A DNA stretch of 63,842 bases, counting the filler, from Trichosphaerium sp. ATCC 40318 (lineage: Eukaryota > Protista > Tubulinea): assembly GCA_038496445.1 (NCBI GenBank). It is 5 parts of 5 records of this genome, joined end to end, with 100 filler letters (N's around TTAATTAATTAA, not from the genome) between each part and the next. Parts side by side here need not be neighbours in the genome. Positions count along the whole stretch, not along the records: positions 25,361 to 28,256 come from JALMLS010000350.1; positions 28,357 to 44,467 come from JALMLS010000036.1; 3 more parts are not named here. One strand, 5' to 3'. Both the position numbers and the translations under genes were made by a program. A model generated the notes under the pieces. The model did no database searches, had not been told where the DNA came from, and saw only the letters and a list, made by a program, of their open reading frames with translations. This document shows positions 27,517 to 35,975 of the stretch, piece after piece; the first letter of the stretch is position 1, and every line of letters begins with the position of its first letter.

Positions 27517-28256
27517 ATGTATCACAACTCCTTTTTTCTCTTGGCTCTAGCTCTCTTTGTCGTCTATATTAACGGACTGTCTATGTTTCCATTCAAACAA
27601 GCATCATTTGAATTTATTGGTGGAGGTAAAGACCCAAACCGAGGAATATACGACTTTACTGGCACTTTAATGTACTTGGAGACTGACAAAGACAAGTCTT
27701 TGGCTTTAACCAACGCTACAATAAAAGTGGACGATAAAATCGTACAGCATGTTACTTGGGAGTTCCAAGACGGCGACCAGGTACTGATTAATCAAACTTT
27801 TGTTTTCAAAATGAACGTTACTTTTTTTGTCACGTGATTTTTTTTGACTGATTTTTTAGACTACTATCTACATGATACTTTCAGGCGCTTGTCAACACTA
27901 TACCCAGCAAAGTTATGATTGTCCATGGAAGAAGGAAGGCGACATGTTTGTGTCTCACTGTGAGTTTATGAATGCTGAAACATCTGCTGTTGTATTCGTT
28001 GATAGCCAAGGTAGGAGTTTTTCAATTGATTTTGAAGGTAGAAGTCAAAGTAACTTACTTTGCTCGTTAGGAAGACCAGAAAAAATAATTACAAATGCAA
28101 CACTTCCAAATAACGGAGGTACAGAAGCTACTTTAATGAATGTAATCAAACATCTTCAAACGCCAACAAAGGCAGATTTCTCGGTACACAACTTTTCTTC
28201 ACAAAAAAAAATGTGAACTTTGTCTTTACCTCACTCTTGCTGTAGCTCCCTACCAA
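27517..28256 (+). CDS. Secreted protein of unknown function (3' end cut by contig end)
   Basis: Signal peptide-like MYHNSFFLLALALFVVYING; short exons with several Cys and beta-strand-like pattern. Confidence 0.55.
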
Positions 28257-28356
28257 NNNNNNNNNNNNNNNNNNNNNNNNNNNNNNNNNNNNNNNNNNNN
28301 TTAATTAATTAANNNNNNNNNNNNNNNNNNNNNNNNNNNNNNNNNNNNNNNNNNNN
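28257..28356. other. Artificial contig linker
   Basis: N44-TTAATTAATTAA-N44. Confidence 0.97.
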
Positions 28357-30476
28357 ATCCTTCTTTAGTAAAATGATTTGAAGCGTCATGAATCACTTTA
28401 ACATGATTGGTATGAACAGGACAGAACGAACCACTAACAAAAGGGTAAGATCCAAAATAAGAAAAAACGGAGAACAACCTTAACACTAGCACTAGGTTTT
28501 TGGAAGGATCAGCTTCAAACTTCTAAGAAAGGTATTAGTTTATATATTCTATCAATAGTATGTTTATACCTTAATCTTGTTGTATGGAGTGCTTGAATAG
28601 AATGGGTACTTTGGAAGAACCTTACCAACAATATCACTTAAAAGTTTTGAACATAATGTACCAATCTTTTTCAAAGCAGCTTGTGTACCTACATAGAAAC
28701 TAAATCAACGACTAAGTCTTTTTTTAACACGGAAAAATACAAGTTTTTACAGCTATTGTTATCGAAAAAAACCCCACAAAGTTAATATGAGCGAAATAGT
28801 GGTGGCTTGATTCTTGTTGACAACTTTTTTCGTTTGTGGTGGAACTTACCAATGTTATTGTAAAAATACATGTTAAAGTAAGCCAAGTACATTTGATGGC
28901 GTTCTTCAAATCGGTTTGTTTTAGGTATAATCTGGTGGTATGAGTCCATAAAAGCCTTTGGAGGCGGTTTCCACAGGCTCATAAAACTGAGTTCGAATTC
29001 ACTATTTTGTAGTAAGTATCGTGTTTTTAACGGTCGTTAGTTGTACTTGTGGGCGTAACAAGCTTGTGAATCAAACAATACTATTTCTCCCTTATCAGTG
29101 ACTCCCCAGTTTTCAGAATGCATATCTCCATGCGTAAGAACCGGCTTAATTGTACTTTCTATGCCTGTATTGACAAGTTATCAAAGACCGTTCGATTTTG
29201 TCTTTATGATACCTTCAAAGAACCAAGGTAAGCAATCCAATACTTGGTCAAGCATACAGCAGATAGGGTAAGCTTCTGGGTGTAAATTTGTTTTTAACTG
29301 AGTTACGCCTGGAGCAAATCTTTGTTCCTTAAAAAAGGTGATCCAGTTTTGTTCCCAACCATTCTTTGTGGTCAAATTATCGGCAACAATATTGTTGTGG
29401 AACCCAAACTTGCCATCTACCAAACAATTCAACGTTAGAAATATGTAGCACCAAATATTTGTTTGTAACGTACTATCGGAGATTCCCTGAGAATGCAATT
29501 GAGCTAGCTTTTTACCAAATTCAACATGATTCTTTGATGTCTTTTTCACGAAGTTAAAGTACTCTATTAAAATAAAGTATCCTTGAATAGATACTAAATC
29601 TCCATGGCAGAACAACTTTGGAGTACGAAAAATGCCCGTATCAGCAATAGAATGCAAACTATTGATTTCCAATTCAAGCGCTTGTTTTCCTGTTTTATTC
29701 CTATTTATCTATGAATTCGTGAGACTAAAGATCTTGTGTGAAGTACGGTATACCTTCAAAAAGTAGGAATCTCCATTCTTTGTTGTAATGAAGAAGCATA
29801 TATTCATTTTTGCTTTCACAGGTCTTATGTCAATATCTATCCCAAGGTGTTTTTGTAGTAGTATATTCTCAGAAATCTCTTTCGTTAGTTGATTGATTGT
29901 CATTGCCATTCGCTTATAAAACTGTTTCTGAGGTGTTGCTACAGCAGATTTCTTTGCTTCTGGAATAGTCGGAGCACTATCCATATCGACACCCTCGGCT
30001 ATAAGCAATTGTTGCTGTAACCTTCCACGCGAAGTTGCTGTAATAATACCAGTATTAGGCTTTTGATACCTCCGCTCACTTACATTTTCTTGTCTGCAGC
30101 GACGCTCCAATAGAACGTTTGCCAGCGTAAATAACGCGCCACCATGGTATATCTCTACTTGAAGACGGGACACCTCAACAATATGTTGTTTAAAGTTTTT
30201 CATTGAAAAATGACATTAAGAGATTAATCAGTTATTTTCAAGGGCTTTTAAGAAACGCCGTACGATTTATAAAACCTGCTGTAGCTCTTGCGCCAAGCGG
30301 TACGCCAGCTGCACTCGCTAATTGTTGGAATGTAACTACAGTCCCCTTTTTGTTGGTTAAAACGACCACTGACGCTTAAATAAACGCACTTTAGGTACTT
30401 TAAGCAGTGCTGTGGTGTATTTATTAGTTGGTTTCTCTTTCAAACGTTTCAGCCTCTTTTTAGGCGGTTCTGACAT
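28357..30476 (-). CDS. Fusion protein: alkyltransferase-like (ATL) domain + fructosamine-3-kinase-like domain + NMNAT/cytidylyltransferase-like domain (3' truncated)
   Basis: Hand splicing with GT-AG introns gives MSEPPKKRLKR...LLKVPK|GTVVTFQQLASAAGVPLGAR...R|VPSSSRDIPWWRVI...RLQQQLLIAEGV...YFLK|...FGKKLAQLHS..GKFGF..WITFFKEQR..LTHGDMHSENWG..LFDSQACYAHN|EFEL..FEERHQMY...TPYNKIK|KFEADPSKNLVLVLS|GSFCPVHTNHVKVI. Confidence 0.78.
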
Positions 30477-31305
30477 ACCACGAAGTTAGATTACCTTGCT
30501 AGGCGTTGAGTTTATGAAAAGTCCAGAAAAGTTGACAACTTGTAACCTTGTATGGCTACCTTAACAGACAGAACTTAAAAAGCACGTATCAGTTTCTTTA
30601 CTCCTTTGGTAGTTTGAGAATCCTTTATCATTCCATTTTCGAACAGTATCAAAGTGTCAAATGATTGTACACAACTTTGCTTAACAATTCAGAGAATGTT
30701 CGCTAACTCTTTAAGTAATCAGGGACGCCCTGAGCTCAATACTTTGATTTAAGTGGTGTACAAGGTCTATCGAGTGGTATATTTACCTCTATTGAATACC
30801 AACATGGAAAGAGAAGTGTCAACAACGACTATTGAACCAAATTCAAAAGTACCCGATGAACTGTGGCTTAAAATGTTTTCCGTAAGTAAAAACGTACCCA
30901 CTACGAGGCTAAGCGTTTTTGAGCAATTTCCTGATTTTCTTTCACCTAAAATCACCACTAGGAGGTTCCTGACGTGTATTTACGCGTTGTAGCATGTGTT
31001 TGCGTACGTTAACTTTATTCTAAATGTTAAAAACTTAAAAATCGATAGCGCCGTTGGTACCATGTCAGTCGCGATTTTGAATGGTACAATGAACATTATA
31101 GCATTCTTTTTCCTTAGGAATTGACTCGGATTTACGGTAATGTCAATTTTCGTACCTTCTGCGATGGCATTGTCGTCAAGGACGCAATATAATCGCTATG
31201 GGTACAATTAGGTGTCAACACGGCTCACACATTGTTATTTTAATCTACAGTATTAATAGTGAACCACAACTTGCTAAGATTGAGATTCGTCGTACATTAT
31301 TGCCG

Positions 31306-31412
31306 TTAGATTCACTTGTTCTTGTTAGTCCAACACTACCAGATTGGAGGAGAGACTCCGTCTCGCTCGGCTGCGACCCTACCTGGATCAACGTAGCCAG
31401 AGACCCATCCCA
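31306..31412 (-). repeat. Split direct repeat B2 (copy of 31589-31695)
   Basis: TTAGATTCACTTGTT...GAGACCCATCCCA present twice. Confidence 0.95.
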
Positions 31413-31464
31413 TTTATTGGATTAATCTCTTGTACAAATCAATAAATTACATTACATTAAAAAA

Positions 31465-31695
31465 CTTTTTCTATCGTAATCTGTCATTGATTGAACTGCT
31501 ACTCACCGAAGTTGTTACACTGGAAACTACCTTAAGTAACAAACTACCCCGCTTATCAAACGCCGGTAAAATACTATTTGTACCGTCATTAGATTCACTT
31601 GTTCTTGTTAGTCCAACACTACCAGATTGGAGGAGAGACTCCGTCTCGCTCGGCTGCGACCCTACCTGGATCAACGTAGCCAGAGACCCATCCCA
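31465..31695 (-). repeat. Split direct repeats B1 (31589-31695) + A2 (31465-31588), mimicking the circle junction
   Basis: Adjacent copies of both element termini joined at ...GTACCGTCA|TTAGATTC... (+ strand). Confidence 0.95.
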
Positions 31696-31700
31696 AGCCT

Positions 31701-32711
31701 TTATAACCATGAAGGCCCATCTACTCCAATCTTGTCTAAGACCTGCGCACTTGCTGTCTTCAAAAAATCCGCCATTAACTTCGGATTATGAACCCTTTGC
31801 TCTTCTGATAACACTACATATATCAGATATGCATCTGACCGCCAGTCGCCCATCACTTTGATCATCTCAGGAGACACACCTGCTGCTGATGCAAAAGTGG
31901 CACCACCTCTTCTAAAGGAATGCCCTGCATACTCTTTTGAATCATAACCTAAACCATTGAGAACATCCCTCGTTCTCTTCACAAACTTTGCATACGTCAT
32001 TTGAATATACCTATTCTTAACCTTATACCTAAATGCTGACCCACCCTTCGTGGTTTTAGCCACCTTCAACATCCTTTGAAGTGCCTTTACCGGGCACAAT
32101 TCATTCTCCATCAATACATACGGTATTGTGTGAATTCTTTCCCTAAATAAAATCGTCTTTGTTTGTTTGACACCTAGCCAAAACCCAAACTTTGACATCT
32201 TGATATTATCCAATGCAACATGTCTATCCATTTGAAACGAGTCCTCTCGTCTTGGTACCACATTGCCAACCCTCAGCATGCCCCAGAACGCAAACATTGC
32301 CGCACACCAATAAACCACATCACGCACTCTTCGAAAATCTAAAATCACCTTGATTTCGTGTAATATCTTCGGTGTAATAGGTCTTTTTCTCTCAACCTTA
32401 TCACCAAACTTGCGCCTCATACCCCTTAACATATCATAGTAACCCACACAATCCATTCTCGGATCGCCATAACCCAATCTCTTACACAACCATACCCAAT
32501 GTGATAAGTAAACCCTTATCGTGTCAGGTTTCAAACCACCCTCCACGTTTTCTTCTTTAGACCATAACGCCACCACAGACGTTAACGCAAATTCATCGAG
32601 AGGAAACCACCTCTCCTGAGGTATATCCAAAGCCAACAAGGCCATGATCATTGCTTTCCAAGCTGATCTACGATTCTTCTGCGTCGTGACTGGGTACGCA
32701 TACGCTACCAA
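31701..32711 (-). CDS. Tyrosine recombinase of the Ngaro-like element
   Basis: FWGMLRVGNV (R), KQTKT (K), LCPVKAL, GHSFRRGGAT (HxxR), GDWRSDAYLIY (catalytic Y). Confidence 0.93.
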   Translation of the reverse strand: MVAYAYPVTTQKNRRSAWKAMIMALLALDIPQERWFPLDEFALTSVVALWSKEENVEGGLKPDTIRVYLSHWVWLCKRLGYGDPRMDCVGYYDMLRGMRRKFGDKVERKRPITPKILHEIKVILDFRRVRDVVYWCAAMFAFWGMLRVGNVVPRREDSFQMDRHVALDNIKMSKFGFWLGVKQTKTILFRERIHTIPYVLMENELCPVKALQRMLKVAKTTKGGSAFRYKVKNRYIQMTYAKFVKRTRDVLNGLGYDSKEYAGHSFRRGGATFASAAGVSPEMIKVMGDWRSDAYLIYVVLSEEQRVHNPKLMADFLKTASAQVLDKIGVDGPSWL

Positions 32712-32751
32712 TTCTTTCCTTTTTTCTTCAACTTTCCTCTTTAAATCTACA

Positions 32752-34329
32752 CTAGTTAAATGAACCTACCAGACACCTTAAAAATCCCTTGTTTTTTGAG
32801 CTCCTTTCGGAAAACACCAAATTTAAGCCGGAGAGTGGATCCGCCAACACATTCTCTTCCGATTTAATATACTTTGGGCACAGTCTAAACCTGTGCACCG
32901 CTGACCATGTTTGTATATCTCTCACAAACCCCATAAAAACTTCTTTCTTGGCCACCAATTTCTTCACATGTGAAACTGTGCCTGTATTGTCGATAAACAC
33001 ATTGACTAGTTCCTTATTTTTCCACAAATGACCCCATTCCTTTACAGCCATCCAAAAAGCATAAAGCTCTTTAACCCCAATATGCCAGTCTTTTTCTTTC
33101 CCAACAAACTTATGTACCAACCACTGGTTGTCAAAGAAAGCGCCTGCTGCAAACCCTGACGCATCTGTTTGTACCCATGTGCTAACCTTCTCCAACGGTT
33201 TAATTAACACTGCTTTCCCATCCCACATATCCATAAACTTAGACCACCATAATAAATCTTCCTTGGAACCTTTAGACAATTTAACCCATCTGTTATTGGA
33301 ACCCGTTCCAGCCATGTTTGCATATATGCGCCTCAAGAATGTAGCACCGCCATAGACTACTTGTGCTGCAAAATTAAGTGTACCTGCTACACTTTGTAAA
33401 TCCTTAACCCTAACCCTATTTGCCTTTAGGGTTTCATCCAGCATAACCCTAATCTTCCTTTTCATTTTGCCCGTCAGTGATATCTCCAAACTGTTCATAT
33501 CAAACTTGTACCCCAGAAATATTAACTGCTTAGTTGGACCTTCCATTTTTTCCTCTGTAATAATAAAACCTAAGTCTCGTAATAAACGAGTTAACACCCA
33601 CATTGCTTTCCCACATTCCTCTTTTGTTCTAGCAATAATCAACCAGTCATCAATGTACACTACATGTGCCTTGTAACCCAATTTTGCAAACGCCCTTGAT
33701 ATCATGTTCATAACTTTGACAAAATACCAAGGTGCCCAATTCCACCCAAATGGTAGTCGACCGTCTCGATAATAAATACCCTTCCACATAAAACCAAACA
33801 TATCATGATCCTCTGGCGCAATGGGCAACATCCTGTATGCGCAGAACATGTCAATTTTACCTAACACCACATCATATCCAAGGTGTCTAACCCATTCAAT
33901 CGCCTCTTTAAACGCCCTCAATGAAAAACCTGGCGCATCTGCCAAATCATTTGTTGACATACCCTCTGGAAGATTCAAGCACACCAACCGCCTTATCTTG
34001 TTTCTAAACTTACCATAGTCATCATACTTAGGTACTACTGCCAACCTATTGACCTTTCTCCCAATCTCTGACGGATATATCCATCCCAACTTAGCTTCCC
34101 TTTCTATATCTTGTGACAACAACTCTTCCCATTCTTTACACGTGCTTGAGTTAGTTAACTTTGACTCAATCACCACCGTTCCTTCTGGTACTACCTTGAT
34201 ACCAGATACTATCCAACTACGTAACCATGGCCAATCCTCATCCTCAACCATAAACGCTTCCCACACACTCACACATTCAGACACAGACGCAATTTGAAAA
34301 CAATTCTTTTTATTCACCTCCATGCCCAC
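32752..34329 (-). CDS. Reverse transcriptase + RNase H of the Ngaro-like element
   Basis: VVPK, KIDMFCAYRMLPI, LPFGWNWAPWYF, YIDDWL, FLGYKFD, LQSVAGTLNFAA; RNase H TDASG, HIGVKELYA, FIDN, NVLAD. Confidence 0.95.
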   Translation of the reverse strand: MGMEVNKKNCFQIASVSECVSVWEAFMVEDEDWPWLRSWIVSGIKVVPEGTVVIESKLTNSSTCKEWEELLSQDIEREAKLGWIYPSEIGRKVNRLAVVPKYDDYGKFRNKIRRLVCLNLPEGMSTNDLADAPGFSLRAFKEAIEWVRHLGYDVVLGKIDMFCAYRMLPIAPEDHDMFGFMWKGIYYRDGRLPFGWNWAPWYFVKVMNMISRAFAKLGYKAHVVYIDDWLIIARTKEECGKAMWVLTRLLRDLGFIITEEKMEGPTKQLIFLGYKFDMNSLEISLTGKMKRKIRVMLDETLKANRVRVKDLQSVAGTLNFAAQVVYGGATFLRRIYANMAGTGSNNRWVKLSKGSKEDLLWWSKFMDMWDGKAVLIKPLEKVSTWVQTDASGFAAGAFFDNQWLVHKFVGKEKDWHIGVKELYAFWMAVKEWGHLWKNKELVNVFIDNTGTVSHVKKLVAKKEVFMGFVRDIQTWSAVHRFRLCPKYIKSEENVLADPLSGLNLVFSERSSKNKGFLRCLVGSFN

Positions 34330-34335
34330 AAGTTT

Positions 34336-35874
34336 TCATTTTTTCTTACATTCCCTGTAGACGTGGTCTTCCTCACCACAAAACATACAAGCATGCTTAC
34401 GTCTACAATCACCAAACTTCTTCATGAAGTGGCAATAACCCTTGAGGTTATAATCAATGCACGTATTGTGCCTACGCCCCAAAGCCAATGCCCATTCGGA
34501 ATACTTTCCGCCATTGCGATCCCTTCGCCTTGAGGGGCTACCCTGATCCTCCTCCTCTTCTTGCTCACCGACAGCACCACCTAAATACAAGGTAGAAATC
34601 ATAGAAGGAAAATCATAAGATCCACTGGATTTTTCCCAGTAACGCCTAACTGCGTTGTCAAACTTACTTACCCGCGTAAGTGTTAAAGTTGAAGACAACT
34701 CCACCAGCAGCTGATGATACATTTCGTAACTTTTTAGCTGAGCGCTGTTGATTAGACCGCTCCTTGCGTCTTCTTTTAGCTGCAGCAGCACGGTCTGCAT
34801 CCGAGTCAAACGATCTGCGACGTTTTTTATCGGATAGACCTTTGGGGCTGTCGTTGCTTTCTTTGTGAGAACCACCGGTTCCATTGCCGTTGCCGGCACC
34901 ACATAGTGCAAGTAGTACACTGGCATGTGCAGCCCACTTCTGAACACACCTGTCAGTAGAGGAGCTTCACGCCAAAGCTTGAAACGGACCTTTTGAGTGT
35001 CCGCATTCATGCCGTCAGGTGTACGCCCAAGAATCGAGCGCATAGCTGCCAATCCACCCTTTTGGTCAACTGCGGATTCTTTCCCACTCGCCTGCTCCTG
35101 CATGGCGCCCCTTTGTGTCATACTAGACAACTTGGCGGTACCTAATGACTCATTAGGTCCACCACCCAAACGTTTTTGGATATCCATCAAGACATCGTCA
35201 GCTCTCGACTGGAGGGCTTCTGACGCCTTAACTTCATCCCACGTCGCCCTACTAGGCGTTTTTTGCGTACTTGGAGTTGGTAGAACTTCCACAGGCGTTC
35301 TTGAACCATTGTCAGCACCATGCTTTCGTGATTCCTCCATTACCGTATCCATCATTCGCGTAAAAAACCCTTCCAACGAATGCTCCAAATCTTTACGGAA
35401 AACACTTAGTTTCTCCTCAACCATTTTCTCCGCTACTCCAACAACAGTAACCCCAGTATCGCCTTGAGAGTTGTTAGTACCCCCCTTTTGCGATCTCCTA
35501 GTCCCAAAACCTTGTGCACTATTTGACCTACCTCTAACTCTCTTAGGAGTGAATGCTACGCTCGCCAAGTCCGTAAACCACTCTCCCGACTCCTTTGCTA
35601 AAAATATCGTACCGATATTGTGCCAATCTGGGTAAGAACCCACCCTGAGCTCTTTTGCGACCGCTGCAAGCACATCACCCAATACCGGCTTTGTTAAACC
35701 TTCTAATTTTGAAAATAACCCCAAGCCTTTATAAGCACCATCTGGGTCTAACGTTGTACGCAACGTGTCAACCCAATCACCTTTAGTCCCTTTCCTTGTT
35801 TTCTCCAAATCACTAATAACGCGTACTGCTTTAGAAGCGATCTCTACTTTTCTTTTTCTATCGTAATCTGTCAT
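34336..35874 (-). CDS. Gag-like protein of the Ngaro-like element
   Basis: 512 aa first ORF with C-terminal Cys/His cluster CIDYNLKGYC...CRRKHACMFCGEEDHVYREC. Confidence 0.85.
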   Translation of the reverse strand: MTDYDRKRKVEIASKAVRVISDLEKTRKGTKGDWVDTLRTTLDPDGAYKGLGLFSKLEGLTKPVLGDVLAAVAKELRVGSYPDWHNIGTIFLAKESGEWFTDLASVAFTPKRVRGRSNSAQGFGTRRSQKGGTNNSQGDTGVTVVGVAEKMVEEKLSVFRKDLEHSLEGFFTRMMDTVMEESRKHGADNGSRTPVEVLPTPSTQKTPSRATWDEVKASEALQSRADDVLMDIQKRLGGGPNESLGTAKLSSMTQRGAMQEQASGKESAVDQKGGLAAMRSILGRTPDGMNADTQKVRFKLWREAPLLTGVFRSGLHMPVYYLHYVVPATAMEPVVLTKKATTAPKVYPIKNVADRLTRMQTVLLQLKEDARSGLINSAQLKSYEMYHQLLVELSSTLTLTRVSKFDNAVRRYWEKSSGSYDFPSMISTLYLGGAVGEQEEEEDQGSPSRRRDRNGGKYSEWALALGRRHNTCIDYNLKGYCHFMKKFGDCRRKHACMFCGEEDHVYRECKKK

Positions 35875-35975
35875 TGATTGAACTGCTACTCACCGAAGTT
35901 GTTACACTGGAAACTACCTTAAGTAACAAACTACCCCGCTTATCAAACGCCGGTAAAATACTATTTGTACCGTCA
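35852..35975 (-). repeat. Split direct repeat A1 (5' terminus; includes gag ATG)
   Basis: Matches 31465-31588. Confidence 0.95.

Larger units (their letters stand above)
31306..35975 (-). mobile_element. DIRS-order tyrosine-recombinase retrotransposon, Ngaro-like (split direct repeats A1-ORFs-B1-A2-B2)
   Basis: A repeats of 124 bp at 35852-35975 and 31465-31588; B repeats of 107 bp at 31589-31695 and 31306-31412. Gag, RT-RNaseH and YR ORFs are intronless, with no methyltransferase ORF and no TSD. Confidence 0.92.

Noticed and set aside
31306-35975. LTR retrotransposon, prophage or bacterial integrative element
   Set aside because: No DDE integrase, protease or TSD; repeats are split; RT, RNase H and YR motifs are DIRS-order.
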